From the NCBI GenBank assembly GCA_963847445.1, contig CAWJZV010000046.1, positions 352,001-416,000 on the forward strand: a stretch of DNA of 64,000 nt. Reading direction: 5' to 3'. Position 1 is the first letter of the stretch; each line of letters begins with the position of its first letter. The position numbers and the translations under genes are program-made. The notes under the pieces were generated by a model, which saw only the letters and a list, made by a program, of their open reading frames with translations, had not been told where the DNA came from and made no database searches. Shown here piece after piece: positions 36,208 through 48,297 of the stretch. The stretch is from an uncultured delta proteobacterium (GTDB taxonomy: Bacteria > Desulfobacterota > Binatia > UBA9968).

Positions 36208-37904
36208 ATGATTGAAGAACCGTCGAAGAAATTCGAAGCGCACGGCGAACGGAACGCCAAGCTGACGAAAACCGATGGCCATTCGCTGGTGGCGCAGAGT
36301 TTGAAAAGTCTTGGCGTCACGCATGTATACTGCATCGCGGGCACGCCGATCCGGGAAACGTTCGCCAAATGCGCTACGCTCGGCATTCGTCCCATCGGTG
36401 TGCGCCACCAACAGTCCGGCGTGTTGATGGCGCTCGCCCAGAACTACGTAACCGGAGGACTCCCGGCAGTGGCGCTGTTCTCCGCCGGACCGGCGATCAC
36501 TAACGCTGTGACCGGTATTCTTGTCGCCAAGGATAACTGTTGGCCATTGGTGGTCTTGGGCGGCAGACGGCCATTTGAACATGCGCGGCATGGGTTCTTT
36601 TCAAGAACTGGACGCGGTGACGATTTTTCAGTCGATCACCAAGTGGTCGGCGGTAGTCGAAAAAACTTCGGAGATTCCAGGTTATTTGGCACGGGCGTTC
36701 CAAATCGCCCGACAGTGGACGACCCGGCCCTGTGTATCTCGATTTGCCTGAGGATGTTCTATGGCGCAACCCAAATGTCGTCCGCTGCCGTCCAATCGCC
36801 CCGGCGATCTTGCCACAACTCGCGACGACAGCGAGATTGAGCAGGCGGCCGATCTATTACTTGTCCGCACAGCGGCCAGCGCTGATCATCGGTAAAGGAG
36901 TTCGTTGGTCCGCGCCCTATGCCGAAATGCGACGGCTCGTTGAGGAGTTTGATATCCCGTTCATCACGTCGCCCATGGGGCGGGGCTTTTTGCCAGACGA
37001 TCATCCGCTATGTGCGAACCATGCCGCGCGGTACCCTGCAGAGAAGGGCGGACGTGATTTTATTGTTGGGGGCCCGGCTTGATTGGACCTTTCGTTTCGG
37101 CAGACAATTTGCCCGCGATGCGAAATTGATCCAGATCGATATTCATGAGCCAGAGATTGGCACCAATCGCGCCGGCGACGGTGGGGATCGTTGGGGACGT
37201 AAAGTTGGTTCTACAAAAAATCCTCGATTGTATGACGCGCAAGGTAAGTACGGCGCCGCGAGCGAGCTTGGCGCCGTGGCGCGCGCATGCTGGAGGCCGA
37301 ACGGAGATTCGAGAGCTCCAAGCTGGACAGCCAAATGCGCAGCGCCACGCTGCCCATGTCGCCTCAGCGGATGTTTAAGGAGATCAAAGACTTTCTACCC
37401 CGCGATGCGATTTGTATTCTTGACGGCAACATTTCCATGGCCGCCGGTCAGCGCGTCTTGCCCGCTTACTTGCCGGCTTCGCGTTTTACCGCCGGAACCA
37501 ACGGCTGTATGGGCGTCGGCGTCCCGTACGCCGTCGGCGCTAAAATCGCTCAGCCTGACCGGCTGGTTATTGCCGTCTGCGGTGACATGGGTTTTGCTTT
37601 GAGCGCCATGGATATGGAAACCGCGGTGCGGCACAAAGTTCCTATCCTGGTCGTTGTGGCTAACAACGACGGGGGAACTGGCGCGATCACCCAGAGCACT
37701 TTTTTCCCGAACTCTGAAGAACGGATCACCATGTTCCAACCCGACATTCACTATGACAATATCATGCTCGCCTTCGGCGGTCATGGGGAATACGTGGACC
37801 GTCCGGAGCAATTAAGACCGGCGTTGGAACGATCTGTTGCGTCAGGTAAAGCGGCCTGCATCAATGTCAAGATCGATCCGTTCGCCGCTTATCCGCAGGA
37901 TTAA
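36208..37904 (+). CDS. ThDP-dependent enzyme of the oxalyl-CoA decarboxylase / 2-hydroxyacyl-CoA lyase family (frameshifts)
   Basis: TDGHSLVA, GMGSFQELD, LIIGKG, GARLDW, AGTNGCMGVG and GDMGF...NN. Confidence 0.8.
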
Positions 37905-37929
37905 GGACGCTGTCGCGGAACAATTAGTC

Positions 37930-40900
37930 ATGCAAAAGCAATTCATTCCCAAAAGAAAAGATCGCCAATCCGCGCCGCTATCTTTTGCCCAACAGCGACT
38001 GTGGTTTTTGGATCAACTCGAGCCCAACAGCCCGCGTTACAATGTCTCACGCGCGCTCAGGCTCCGAGGCGAACTAAACCTTACAAGTATTGCAAGAAGC
38101 GCTCGACGCCATTGTGAGTCGGCATGAAACTCTACGCAGCAACTTTCGCGAGGTCGATGGCTTGCCCATACTCATAATCAGGCCGTCCGTGAAGTCTCCC
38201 GTGACATTCGTTGATCTGAGCGATCAACCGATAGATTGCCGCGAGGACACGCTGATCGCTACATTAAATGAGACTAGTTCTGCGGCCGTATAATCTGTCG
38301 ACGGATGCCATGCTGCGGGCGAGTTTGGTGCGGGTAACCCCACACGATCACGTCCTGCTCTTAGTCTTGCCGCACATTACCTCGGACGGCTGGTCCATGG
38401 TCATATTATGCCAGGAACTGATGGCTCTCTACGATTCTTTGTTACACGGTCAGCCTTGCCCATTACCCGATCTACCGATCCAATACGCCGATTACGCAGT
38501 TTGGCAACGCGAATGGTTACAGGGCGAGTTGCTGGACAGACAACTCTCTTACTGGAGTCGAACACCTCGCGGAGATTTCCGATCTCAATTTACCCACTGA
38601 CCGCAGCCGACCGGCACTGCCAAGCTGCCGCAACGGGGCGCAATCCGCGAAGTATCCGCAGCATCTTACCAATCAACTCAATGACCTAGCGCGGACCGAA
38701 CGAGCAACGCTGTTCATCACGTTGCTCGCGGCGTTCAATGCGCTGCTTTACAGGTACACCGGTCAAAATGACATTGCCGTAGGTTGCCCGATCGCGAATC
38801 GTCGATATGTGGAACTCGAGGGTTTGATAGGTTTCTTTGCAAATACGCTGGTCTTCAGAAACAGTCTGTCCGGCAATCCAACTTTTCGCGAGCTAATGGC
38901 GCGGGTACGTGAAGTCGCTCTTGGGGCCTACGAACATCAAGATGTTCCATTTGAAAAATTGGTGGACGAGCTGCAACCGGATCGTGACCTCAGCCGTAAC
39001 CCACTTTTTCAGGTCACCTTTCAGCTAAGAAACTATCCTCGCCAGCTCGTTCAGCCAACAGAAATAACAGTCGAGCCGTTCGAACTGCGTTCAGGAATAG
39101 CTAAGTTCGATTTGTCTTTGGCAATGACCGACGAAGAGGATGGCCTAAAGGCGGAGATCGAATATAATCCGGATCTTTTTGAGTCAGCGACAATCACCCG
39201 AATGCTGGGTCACTTTCGGACATTGCTTGCAGGAATAGTAGCGAATCCTGATCAACCGATCAGCGAATTACCCTTACTCACCGAGGCGGAAAAACATCAA
39301 CTCTTGGTCGAGTGGAACGACACCAAGACCGACTACCCCCAAGACAAGTGCATCCATCAATTGTTCGAAGCTCAGGTCGAGAAAACTCCAGACGCCATCG
39401 CAGTGGTCTTTGCAGAGCGGCAGTTGACCTATCGAGAACTGAATCGCCGCGCCAACCAACTCGCTCATTTTTTACGAAAACTCGGCGTCGGCCCGGAGAC
39501 TCTTGTGGCTCTCTGTGTCGAACGGTCCCTCGAAATGGTTGTCGGACTACTCGCGATCCTCAAAGCCGGTGGCGCCTATGTGCCGATGGACCCCGACTAT
39601 CCAAGCGACCGGCTGGAGTTCATGCTGCGCGACACTCAAGCGGCGGTCTTGTTGACCCAGGAGCGGCTGTATCGCCGGCTGCCGGTGTACCCGGGGCAAC
39701 GAGTTTGTTTCGACCAGGATCGGGAAACGGTCAGTCGGGAAAGCGGCGAGAATCTTGGTCAGAATACAGCACCCAAAGTCTTGCTTACGTGATTTACACC
39801 TCCGGCTCAACCGGCAAACCTAAGGGAGTAATGATCGAACATCGTAGCGCCGTCGCATTCCTTAGGTGGGCGCACGATGTATTCACGGACGAAGATTTGG
39901 CCGGTGTATTGGCGTCGACATCGATCTGTTTCGATCTGTCCGTTTTCGAATTGTTTGCGCCGCTGACATCCGGTGGCCGAGTAATCCTGCTTGAAAATGC
40001 CCTTGCGTTGGGTCAATTGGATCACGCTGTGGAGCCGACACTGATTAACACGGTGCCTTCGGTCATGGCGGAATTGTTGCGGCTCAGAAAATTGCCACCA
40101 TCGATTCGTACGGTGAACTTGGCGGGCGAACCGCTAAAGGCCAGCTTGGTCGAGGCGATCTTCCAGCATACTTCCGCGTTGCAGGTCTATGATCTCTACG
40201 GCCCGTCGGAAACGACGACGTACTCGACCTATGCACGCAGAACTGTCGGCGGGATTCAAACGATTGGGCGGCCGATAACGAACACCCAGATCTACATTCT
40301 CGATTCTTACCTCAACGCCGTACCGGTAGGCGTATCAGGAGAGCTTTACATCGGCGGCGCAGGTTTGGCGCGCGGATATCTCAATCGGCCAGACCTGACC
40401 GCGGAGAAATTTGTTCCGCATCCATTCAGCGATAAAGCGGGAGCTAGGCTCTATCGGACTGGAGATCGCGCGCGCTATTTGCCCGATGGCAGCATCGAGT
40501 ATCTGGGCCGCATGGACAACCAGGTAAAGATCCGCGGTTATCGGATCGAGTTAGGGGAGATCGAAGTCGGTGCTCGGTCAACATCCGTCGGTGAGAGAAT
40601 CCGTCATACTCGCTCGCGAAGATATTCCCGGAGACCGCCGGCTGGTGGGATATGTGGTAGCGAGACCGGAAGCGTCGTTCGACGCTGCAGAAGTGAGAAA
40701 GTATCTCAAGCAGAAACTACCTGAGCACATGATTCCGTCGGCCTTGGTGCTATTGGATGAATTGCCGTTGACTCCGAATGGCAAGGTAGACCGCAGAGGA
40801 TTGCCGGCGACGGGTCAAAATCGAGCCGAAAGCGACAAAACATTCACCGCCCCTCGGACTCCGGTCGAAGAAGTCCTCGCAAGCGACTGGTCAGAAGTGC

Positions 40901-41169
40901 TGAAAGTCGACAAGGTCGGCACTCACGACAACTTCTTTGATCTCGGTGGCAACTCGCTGTTAGCTGTGCAAATCGTATCGCGAATCCGTAGTGCTTTTTC
41001 TATCGAGTTTCCGTTGCGCAGCTTATTTGAAATACCCACCATTGCCGAGATCGCGGCAATGATTGAGCAGAACCAAGCGAAGCGGGCAAGCGACCCGGAG
41101 CTAGCGCAAATATTGCGCGAAGTGGAGGCGATGACGGAGGAAGAGGCGCAGAAAATAGTCGCAAAGTAG
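37930..41169 (+). CDS. NRPS module C-A(Ala predicted)-PCP (frameshifts)
   Basis: [30 protein letters not shown]; hand-extracted pocket DLFNNALTY; DLGGNSL. Confidence 0.88.
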
Positions 41170-41197
41170 CGGGATTGGCGACGAAGGAGAGACGGAC

Positions 41198-43246
41198 ATG
41201 GATGATTCGCCCATACATAGCTTCAATCTTCCACCGGAGCAGCAAAGGATCCGCGACAAATGCCTGCATCCATCGGGGACATTTGTCGAGTTTCCGATGG
41301 CAGACGTCGAGAGCTCGATCCCAGCGCGTTTCGAGAAGGTCGTGCGACAGTATCCGAATTACACCGCGATAAAAGCCGGTGACGAGGTGGTCACCTATGC
41401 AGAGCTTAACGCCTTGGCCAATCGAGTGGCTCGAGTCATCGCCGAGCGCGCGGGAAACAACGCGGTGCCTATCGCTGTGCTTATAGACAAAGGCATAAAG
41501 CAAATCGCCGCGATGATGGGTGTCCTAAAAGCTGGGCGTTCCTTTATGCTGCTTGACGGATCCCTGCCCAAAACACGGCTCGAAGTCATGCTAGAAGATT
41601 GCTCGCCGGAACTGACAGTTACCGACGGACAAAGCAACTCGTTGGCCGATGAACTTATGCCGGCAGACCAGCCGGTAATTAAGTTCGACTCAATCGATCC
41701 CAACGTCCCAAGCGAGAATCCCGACATCAAGATTGCCCCAGACGCTCTCGCATACGTTGTTCATACTTCGGGCTCCACGGGACGGCCTAAGGGGGTCATC
41801 TATAATCACAACACGTTGTTGCATCACGTCATGTTGCGCACGAATGCGGACGGATTTTGTCCACAGGATCGAATTTCACATTTTTCATCCGGCACGGCAA
41901 ATGCCATTACCAACCCTTTTTTCGCATTGTTGAATGGAGCCGCGCTCTTGCCGTTCGACGTTAAGAAAGAGGGAATTCGTCGCCTCAGCACTTGGCTCTC
42001 GCAGGAGAAAGTCACGGTCTGTCTGATTGCAGCTCCCTTATTTCGGAACCTGTGCGAAGATTTGACGGCACCGGACGGATTCCCCGATATGCGATTGCTC
42101 AGGTTGAGAAGTGAAACGGTTTGCAAGTCCGACGTCGATCTCTACAAACGCTATTTCTCCGAATACAGCATCTTAGCTAACGGCTTATCTTCCAGCGAAA
42201 CGCACATGTTGACTGAGTATTATATCGACTCCGCTACGAAACTTCCGGGTGCAGACGTTCCGGTTGGTTATGCCGTTCAAGAGAAGGAGATCTTACTGTT
42301 GAACGAACAAGGCGAATCGGTCGGTTACAATGAAATCGGTGAGATCGTCGTGCGCAGCAAGCATCTATCGCCAGGTTACTGGCGCAACCCGGAATTAACC
42401 TCCGCTAAGTTCAAGAACGACCCGGCACGCCCCGAGGAATGCATCTATCATACTGGGGACCTTGGCCTCATGCTTCCCGATGGCTGCCTGATTCACAAAG
42501 GCCGCAAGGATTTCCGCATCAAGATTCGTGGCTACGGAGTGGAGATTGGCGAAGTTGAACAAGCTCTGCGCGAGCAGTCGGAGATTCAAGACACTGTGGT
42601 GGTGGCGAAAGAGACCGAATCGGGGGAAGTTCGATTGGTTGCTTATCTCACATCGCCAGTTCAGCCCAGACCCGACATCCGACAAGTACGCACTATGCTG
42701 AAGACGAAGTTACCCGACTATATGATTCCATCGTCTTTTGTGCTCCTCGATGCGTTGCCGTTAACAGCGAATGGAAAATTAGACCGCCGGGCGCTGCCTG
42801 ATCCAGGAAACACTCGCCCCGACCTAAGTAACTCGTATGCACCACCGTCAACCACGACGCAAGCGCAGCTCATATCGATATGGTCAGAGGTGTTGTCACT
42901 GGATCAAATTGGCGTCCACGATAGTTTCTTCGACCTAGGCGGCCATTCGCTGGCCGCGTTTCGGGTGGTCTCTCGGGTGATCCAAACATTTGCACTGGAG
43001 CTGCCCATCAAGGCTCTATTCGACGCACCGACGGTCGCCGAGATGGCGGCTATCATCGTGCAGAACCAAGCCAAGCGGGCAAGCGACGAAGATCTAGCGC
43101 AGATGCTGCGTGAGGTAGAAGCGATGACCGAGGATGAAGCGCGGAAACAGATTGCCGATGAATACCTGCGCAAAACCGACGGAAGTTTGAAATGGTCGAT
43201 TCTTTCTGTCGTGGGGTACGAAACGGCCATGGTATCGGCCCCGTAA
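41198..43246 (+). CDS. Stand-alone A-PCP didomain lacking the amino-binding Asp
   Basis: HTSGSTGRPKG; SSGTANA replaces FDxS; YHTGDLG, NGKLDR and DLGGHSL. Confidence 0.85.
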   Translation: MDDSPIHSFNLPPEQQRIRDKCLHPSGTFVEFPMADVESSIPARFEKVVRQYPNYTAIKAGDEVVTYAELNALANRVARVIAERAGNNAVPIAVLIDKGIKQIAAMMGVLKAGRSFMLLDGSLPKTRLEVMLEDCSPELTVTDGQSNSLADELMPADQPVIKFDSIDPNVPSENPDIKIAPDALAYVVHTSGSTGRPKGVIYNHNTLLHHVMLRTNADGFCPQDRISHFSSGTANAITNPFFALLNGAALLPFDVKKEGIRRLSTWLSQEKVTVCLIAAPLFRNLCEDLTAPDGFPDMRLLRLRSETVCKSDVDLYKRYFSEYSILANGLSSSETHMLTEYYIDSATKLPGADVPVGYAVQEKEILLLNEQGESVGYNEIGEIVVRSKHLSPGYWRNPELTSAKFKNDPARPEECIYHTGDLGLMLPDGCLIHKGRKDFRIKIRGYGVEIGEVEQALREQSEIQDTVVVAKETESGEVRLVAYLTSPVQPRPDIRQVRTMLKTKLPDYMIPSSFVLLDALPLTANGKLDRRALPDPGNTRPDLSNSYAPPSTTTQAQLISIWSEVLSLDQIGVHDSFFDLGGHSLAAFRVVSRVIQTFALELPIKALFDAPTVAEMAAIIVQNQAKRASDEDLAQMLREVEAMTEDEARKQIADEYLRKTDGSLKWSILSVVGYETAMVSAP

Positions 43247-43590
43247 TGGCGCGGCTATCTCAACGAGCAATCCACCGGAAATCATAAGAGAAAATAGCGG
43301 ATTCTGTGGTGGCCTCGTCCGGCGGTGCGTATGGACGCTCTACGGTAAAGCCTAGTGACAAGCTGGACCGCAGCAGGTTATCATCTGTTTGTGGCCGCTG
43401 ATATTTCGGTCGTGCACGCCGTGATGAATCGTTTTCCGAGACTAGGTTGATTGGTAATGTCATAGTGCGGTCTATATTGAAGCTTGGTCAGTGAGTCTAG
43501 GATGGATAAATTTGTGGCCGATGTCGAAACGATGTTTAGCGCGATTGCTGACTCGATCTACAAGGGGCAACTACCCAAGTTGGAGTCTTG

Positions 43591-46500
43591 ATGGAGAGCG
43601 AAAAGTTAATCGAGCGTCTTGCGACTCTTTCTCCCGCGAAGCGGGCCTTACTTGAGTTAAAACTGCAGCAAGGCCGCGGTCGCACGGCTGCGCAGATGAC
43701 CATTCCACGGCGAGCCCAGCGGGAGCTTGGCGCCGCTGTCGTTCGCGCAGCAGCGGCTGTGGGTGCTCGACCAGCTGGAACCTGAAAGTTTCGCTTACAA
43801 TGAGCGATCGGCGGTCCGTTTGGACGGGCCGCTAGACATCGGCGCGCTGCGTAGTGCGTTGAGTGCTGATAGTCGAGCGCCATGAAGTGCTGCGCACGAC
43901 CTACGGCCTAACCAATGGCGGTGAGCCGGTACAGCAAATCGGCGCAGCCGTGGGCATCGATTTGCCGGTCATTGACATCAGTGAAGTTGCTGAGAGTCAA
44001 CGCGATGATGCGGTGCAAAGGATAGCCGCGGAGCTGAGAGAGCGTTCTTTCGATCTGCGGAACGATTTGCCGCTACGGCTGTGCGCTGGTCAGACTCGGT
44101 GCCAATTCCCATGTATTGGTCGAGGTGAAACATCATATCGCTTCCGATGGTTGGTCGAGCGGTATCTTTCTCCCGCGAGCTCGCCGCTATTTACACTGCG
44201 TTGAGCCAAGGCCGGCCTAACCCGCTTGGCGAATTGCCGGTTCAGTACGCCGATTATTCGTTGTGGCAGCGAGAATGGCTCCAGGGCGAAGTATTGGAAA
44301 AACAGCTCGCCTACTGGAAAGAGCAACTGAAAGATATTCCGGTTCTTGAGTTGGCGATGGACCGGCCGCGCGGCGGTTCGCTGAACCGCGCCGGCGCGAA
44401 ACAAAGTGTGACCTTGTCAAAGTCATTGGCCGATCGGTTAAAGGCGCTGAGCCGTCAAGAGGGCGCCACGTTGTTCATGACGTTACTCACGGCGTTCCAA
44501 GTCTTGCTGCATCGCTACACGGGACAAGACGACATCGCTGTGGGCTCACCGATTGCTGGACGGACACGGTCGGAGACGGAAGGACTGATCGGATTTTTCG
44601 TCAACACCTTGGTGCTGCGAAGCAAGCTGTCCGGCAACCCGACGTTTAAAGAACTATTGGCACAGGTACGGGAAACCGCGTTGCAAGCGTACGAGCACCA
44701 AGACGTGCCCTTCGAGAAGTTGGTCGAAGAGCTCAGGCCCGAGCGCGATCAAAATCACACGCCATTTTTTCAAGTCATGTTCGCGTTGCAAAATATTCCG
44801 CGGGGGAATCTTGAATTGGCGGGACTCCAGGCGACTCCCGTCGAGGTCGCTTCTTCGGGGGCGAAGTTCGATATCTTCGCGGCATTTATCGAACGCGAAG
44901 GCGAGATGATGCTTGCGCGTAGAGTACAGCACGGAGCTATTTGCAGCGGCGTGGATCGAGCGTATGTTGGGCCATTTTCAGACATTGCTTGAAGGCATTG
45001 TCGCCAAACCAGAACGATCGATCGACACCTACCCGATCCTTTCCGAAGCCGAGCAGCAACGGTTGCTGATCGATTGGAACGATACCCAGCGAGACTCTCC
45101 CGCATGGCCGGTGCGTTCACGAATTATTCGAAGCACGCGTTAATCAAAATCCCGAAGCCGTTGCGCTGGTTTTTGAAAATGAGAGCTGGAGCTACCGAAA
45201 ACTAAACTGCCGGGCAAATCAACTGGCGCGCTATCTGCGCGGACTCGGCGTGGGGCGGGACACTCTGGTGGCGCTTTGTGTCGATCGATCCATGGAAATG
45301 GTTGTCGCTTTGCTTGCCATTCTCAAGGCCGGTGGCGCCTACGTGCCAATGGACCCTGAGTATCCCAAAGACCGTCTCGAGTTTATGCTGCGCGACACCC
45401 AGGCACCGGTACTATTGACCCAGAAGCGGATAAGTCAAATCCTGCCAGATTACCCGGGACAATGCGTTTGTCTAGACGGGGATCGTGAGAGGATTGCTCG
45501 CGAAAGCGATGAGAATTTTGCTCACGAGGCGACGGCTGACAGCCTCGCTTATGTAATCTACACTTCCGGCTCGACCGGAACGCCCAAGGGTGTAATGATT
45601 CGGCATGGCAGCGTCTGCAACTTCTTGGCCTCCATGGCTGCCGAACCCGGATTGTGTAGTAAGGATACGCTGCTTGCCGTTACGACGCTGTCATTCGATA
45701 TTGCGGGATTAGAGATTTATTTGCCGCTCTCAGTAGGCGCTCGAATTGTTTTGGCGAGCCGCGATGTCGCCGTCGATGGATTTCGGTTAGCAGCGCAATT
45801 ATCAGATTGTGGTGCGACGATGATGCAAGCCACGCCCTTTACATGGCGCATGCTCTTGGCGAGCGGTTGGCAGGGTAGTCGAGAATTGAAGATTCTCTGT
45901 GGTGGTGAAGCGCTTTCCGAGGATCTAGCCAGCCAGCTCGCGCCTCGCTGTGCCTCGCTGTGGAACATGTATGGTCCCACGGAAACCACTATCTGGTCGT
46001 CGATCCAAAGAGTACCAGAGAATATTGGCAAGATTTCTTTGGGTCGGCCGATTGCCAACACGCAATATTATGTTCTTGATGGGCATTTGAATCCCGTTCC
46101 GGTCGGGGTTGCGGGCGAGCTCCACATTGGGGGTGCAGGTTTAGCGCGAGGATATCTGAACCGGCCGGAACTCAGTATCCGAAAAATTTATTTCGAATCC
46201 CTTTAGCAACAATCCGAGGCAGCGGTTGTACAAGACCGGAGATCGGGTGCGATACTTACCTGGGGGTGAGATCGAGTTTCTCGGTCGAATCGACGATCAG
46301 GTCAAGATTCGCGGTTATCGCATCGAACTCGGTGAGATCGAGGCGATGCTCGGTCAACATGCCGGAATCCAACAAGCAGTCGTGCTCGCACGAGAAGACA
46401 TTCCGGGAGACCGACGGCTGGTGGCCTATGCTGTTGCTACTCCAGGCTTCACCCCTTCGGCAAGCGACCTGCGCACCTTTCTGCTGCAGGAGCTCCCCGA

Positions 46501-47792
46501 GTACATGGTGCCTTCGATTTTCGTGTCATTGGAATCATTGCCACTGACTGCCAATGGTAAGCTTGATCGTAAGGCGCTACCAGCTCCAGACCAAACTAGG
46601 TCCCGAACTGAGCGAAACCATTACCCCGCCTCGGACCCCTGTCGAGGAGATACTCGCAAGTATCTGGTCTGAAGTTCTCAAACTCGACAAAGTCGGCATC
46701 CATGACAACTTCTTTGATCTGGGCGGGCACTCACTGCTAGCCATCCAGGTCATCTCACGATTGCGACGAAGTTCAGGATGGATTTGCCTGTGCGCACTTT
46801 GTTTGAAGCGCCGACAATCGCGCAATTGGCGGCCCGTCTTGAACATCAAACCAAGCCGGTGGTCAGTTCAAACGGGAAGGCTACTTATTCCCATCTCATT
46901 GAGCTTCGTAGCGGACCGAACCAAAAGCCGATATTCTGCTTTCCCTATCGCTGCGGTGTCCAGGGCGAATACACACACTTCCTGCGGCTCGCGAAGTACA
47001 TGGAGGAATATTCATTCTATGGGCTCCAGGCAAAAGCCGCCGACAGCCATACGCCGCCGCACGCATCGGTTGAAGAATTGGCATCAAACTATGTCCGCGA
47101 GATAGAAGATTTTCACCCCAACGGTCCTTACTACTTAATCGGGGACTGCGCAGGCGCGCCAGAAGCCTATGAAACGGCCCGGCAATTGTCGATGCGAGGC
47201 GAGAAGGTGGGATTGCTCGTGCTCTTGGATGCCAAGGGCCCATATATGCCGGGCAGGTATTGGCGCCTGGGACCCTATTCGATAAAGGATTTGGATCTCC
47301 TACGCAGCCGGTTACTGAGTTCACGATTCTGGATGTGGTGCAGGAATTTGGATGCAGCGTCAAGTTTCCATTGGCAGGAGAGCAGGAAGCTTCCGAATGG
47401 AGAACGTTGGCGTTATTTAGGTCGGAAAGTTTTTGGCGGGCTAAAAACTCAAATAAGGGGCGTCGCAGAAGTACACCTCGGAGCCGTCCCAGGAATCTGA
47501 AGAGGTGTTCAGCGCAAGTGAGGAAGAGCTTCTGCAACACGTCGCTCGCGCTCGAAGTCAGTATCGGAGCAACTGGCCGAGCGACTATCCTGGCCGGCTT
47601 GCTGTTATCATCAATGAACAATGGTACGGGTTCGATCGCACGTTTGGCTGGGCAGAAATGGCTGCCGGAGGTGTCGAGACCTATGCTATTCGTGGGGACC
47701 ATATTTCTTACATGCTTGAGAATGTGCCGATGGTCGCCGACCGGTTACGCGCATGTCTAGAAAAGGCCCGTAAATCCCACCGGAGAGTTTAG
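43591..47792 (+). CDS. Terminal NRPS module C-A(Gly predicted)-PCP-TE (frameshifts)
   Basis: [10 protein letters not shown]-terminus, HHIASDGWS, pocket [29 protein letters not shown]...GDH. Confidence 0.88.
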
Positions 47793-48079
47793 CTGAAAGA
47801 TTCACGCTGTTAGGTCTGCCCATACCCTTGTCTACGCGAGGCCGTATATCTTGGGGAACCATCGAAAAGCCCCGCAGCGCTACGCACCACGGCTATTTCA
47901 GGGGAACTTAGTCATTTTTGGCGATGATGAACATCTCGAGCTCCTATGTCGATTTGCGCGGCCATTTGCAGGAGAGACGTCTCGACCAGTTTCGATCTTG
48001 GCGCGGCTGTGGACTCGCAAATTGGTCCGTCAGCTGGTACAACGAACCAAGCCTGCCGTAAGTAATCAATCTTGTCATC

Positions 48080-48168
48080 GGAGGGGTGGGAGAGCGGTTT
48101 AATCCACCGGTCTTGAAAACCGGCGCCCACTTCGTGGGCCGCGAGTTCAAATCTCGCCCCCTCCGCCA
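48080..48168 (+). tRNA. tRNA-Ser(UGA)
   Basis: Acceptor stem GGAGGGG/CCCCTCC, anticodon arm ccggt-cTTGAaa-accgg, long variable arm, encoded CCA. Confidence 0.95.
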
Positions 48169-48297
48169 TCACTTCAAGCTATCGCGATGCGTTGAGGACG
48201 GAGAATCGCCGATCGCATATCGTTAAACCTTCGACGCTTGCGCATCCGATATTGCTCTGTATAGCTATCAGCATCAGCTTTGGAGAGGATGGATTCC

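Noticed and set aside
48080-48168. tRNA-Sec or suppressor tRNA
   Set aside because: Anticodon is UGA (reads UCA, Ser), not UCA; the acceptor stem is 7 bp
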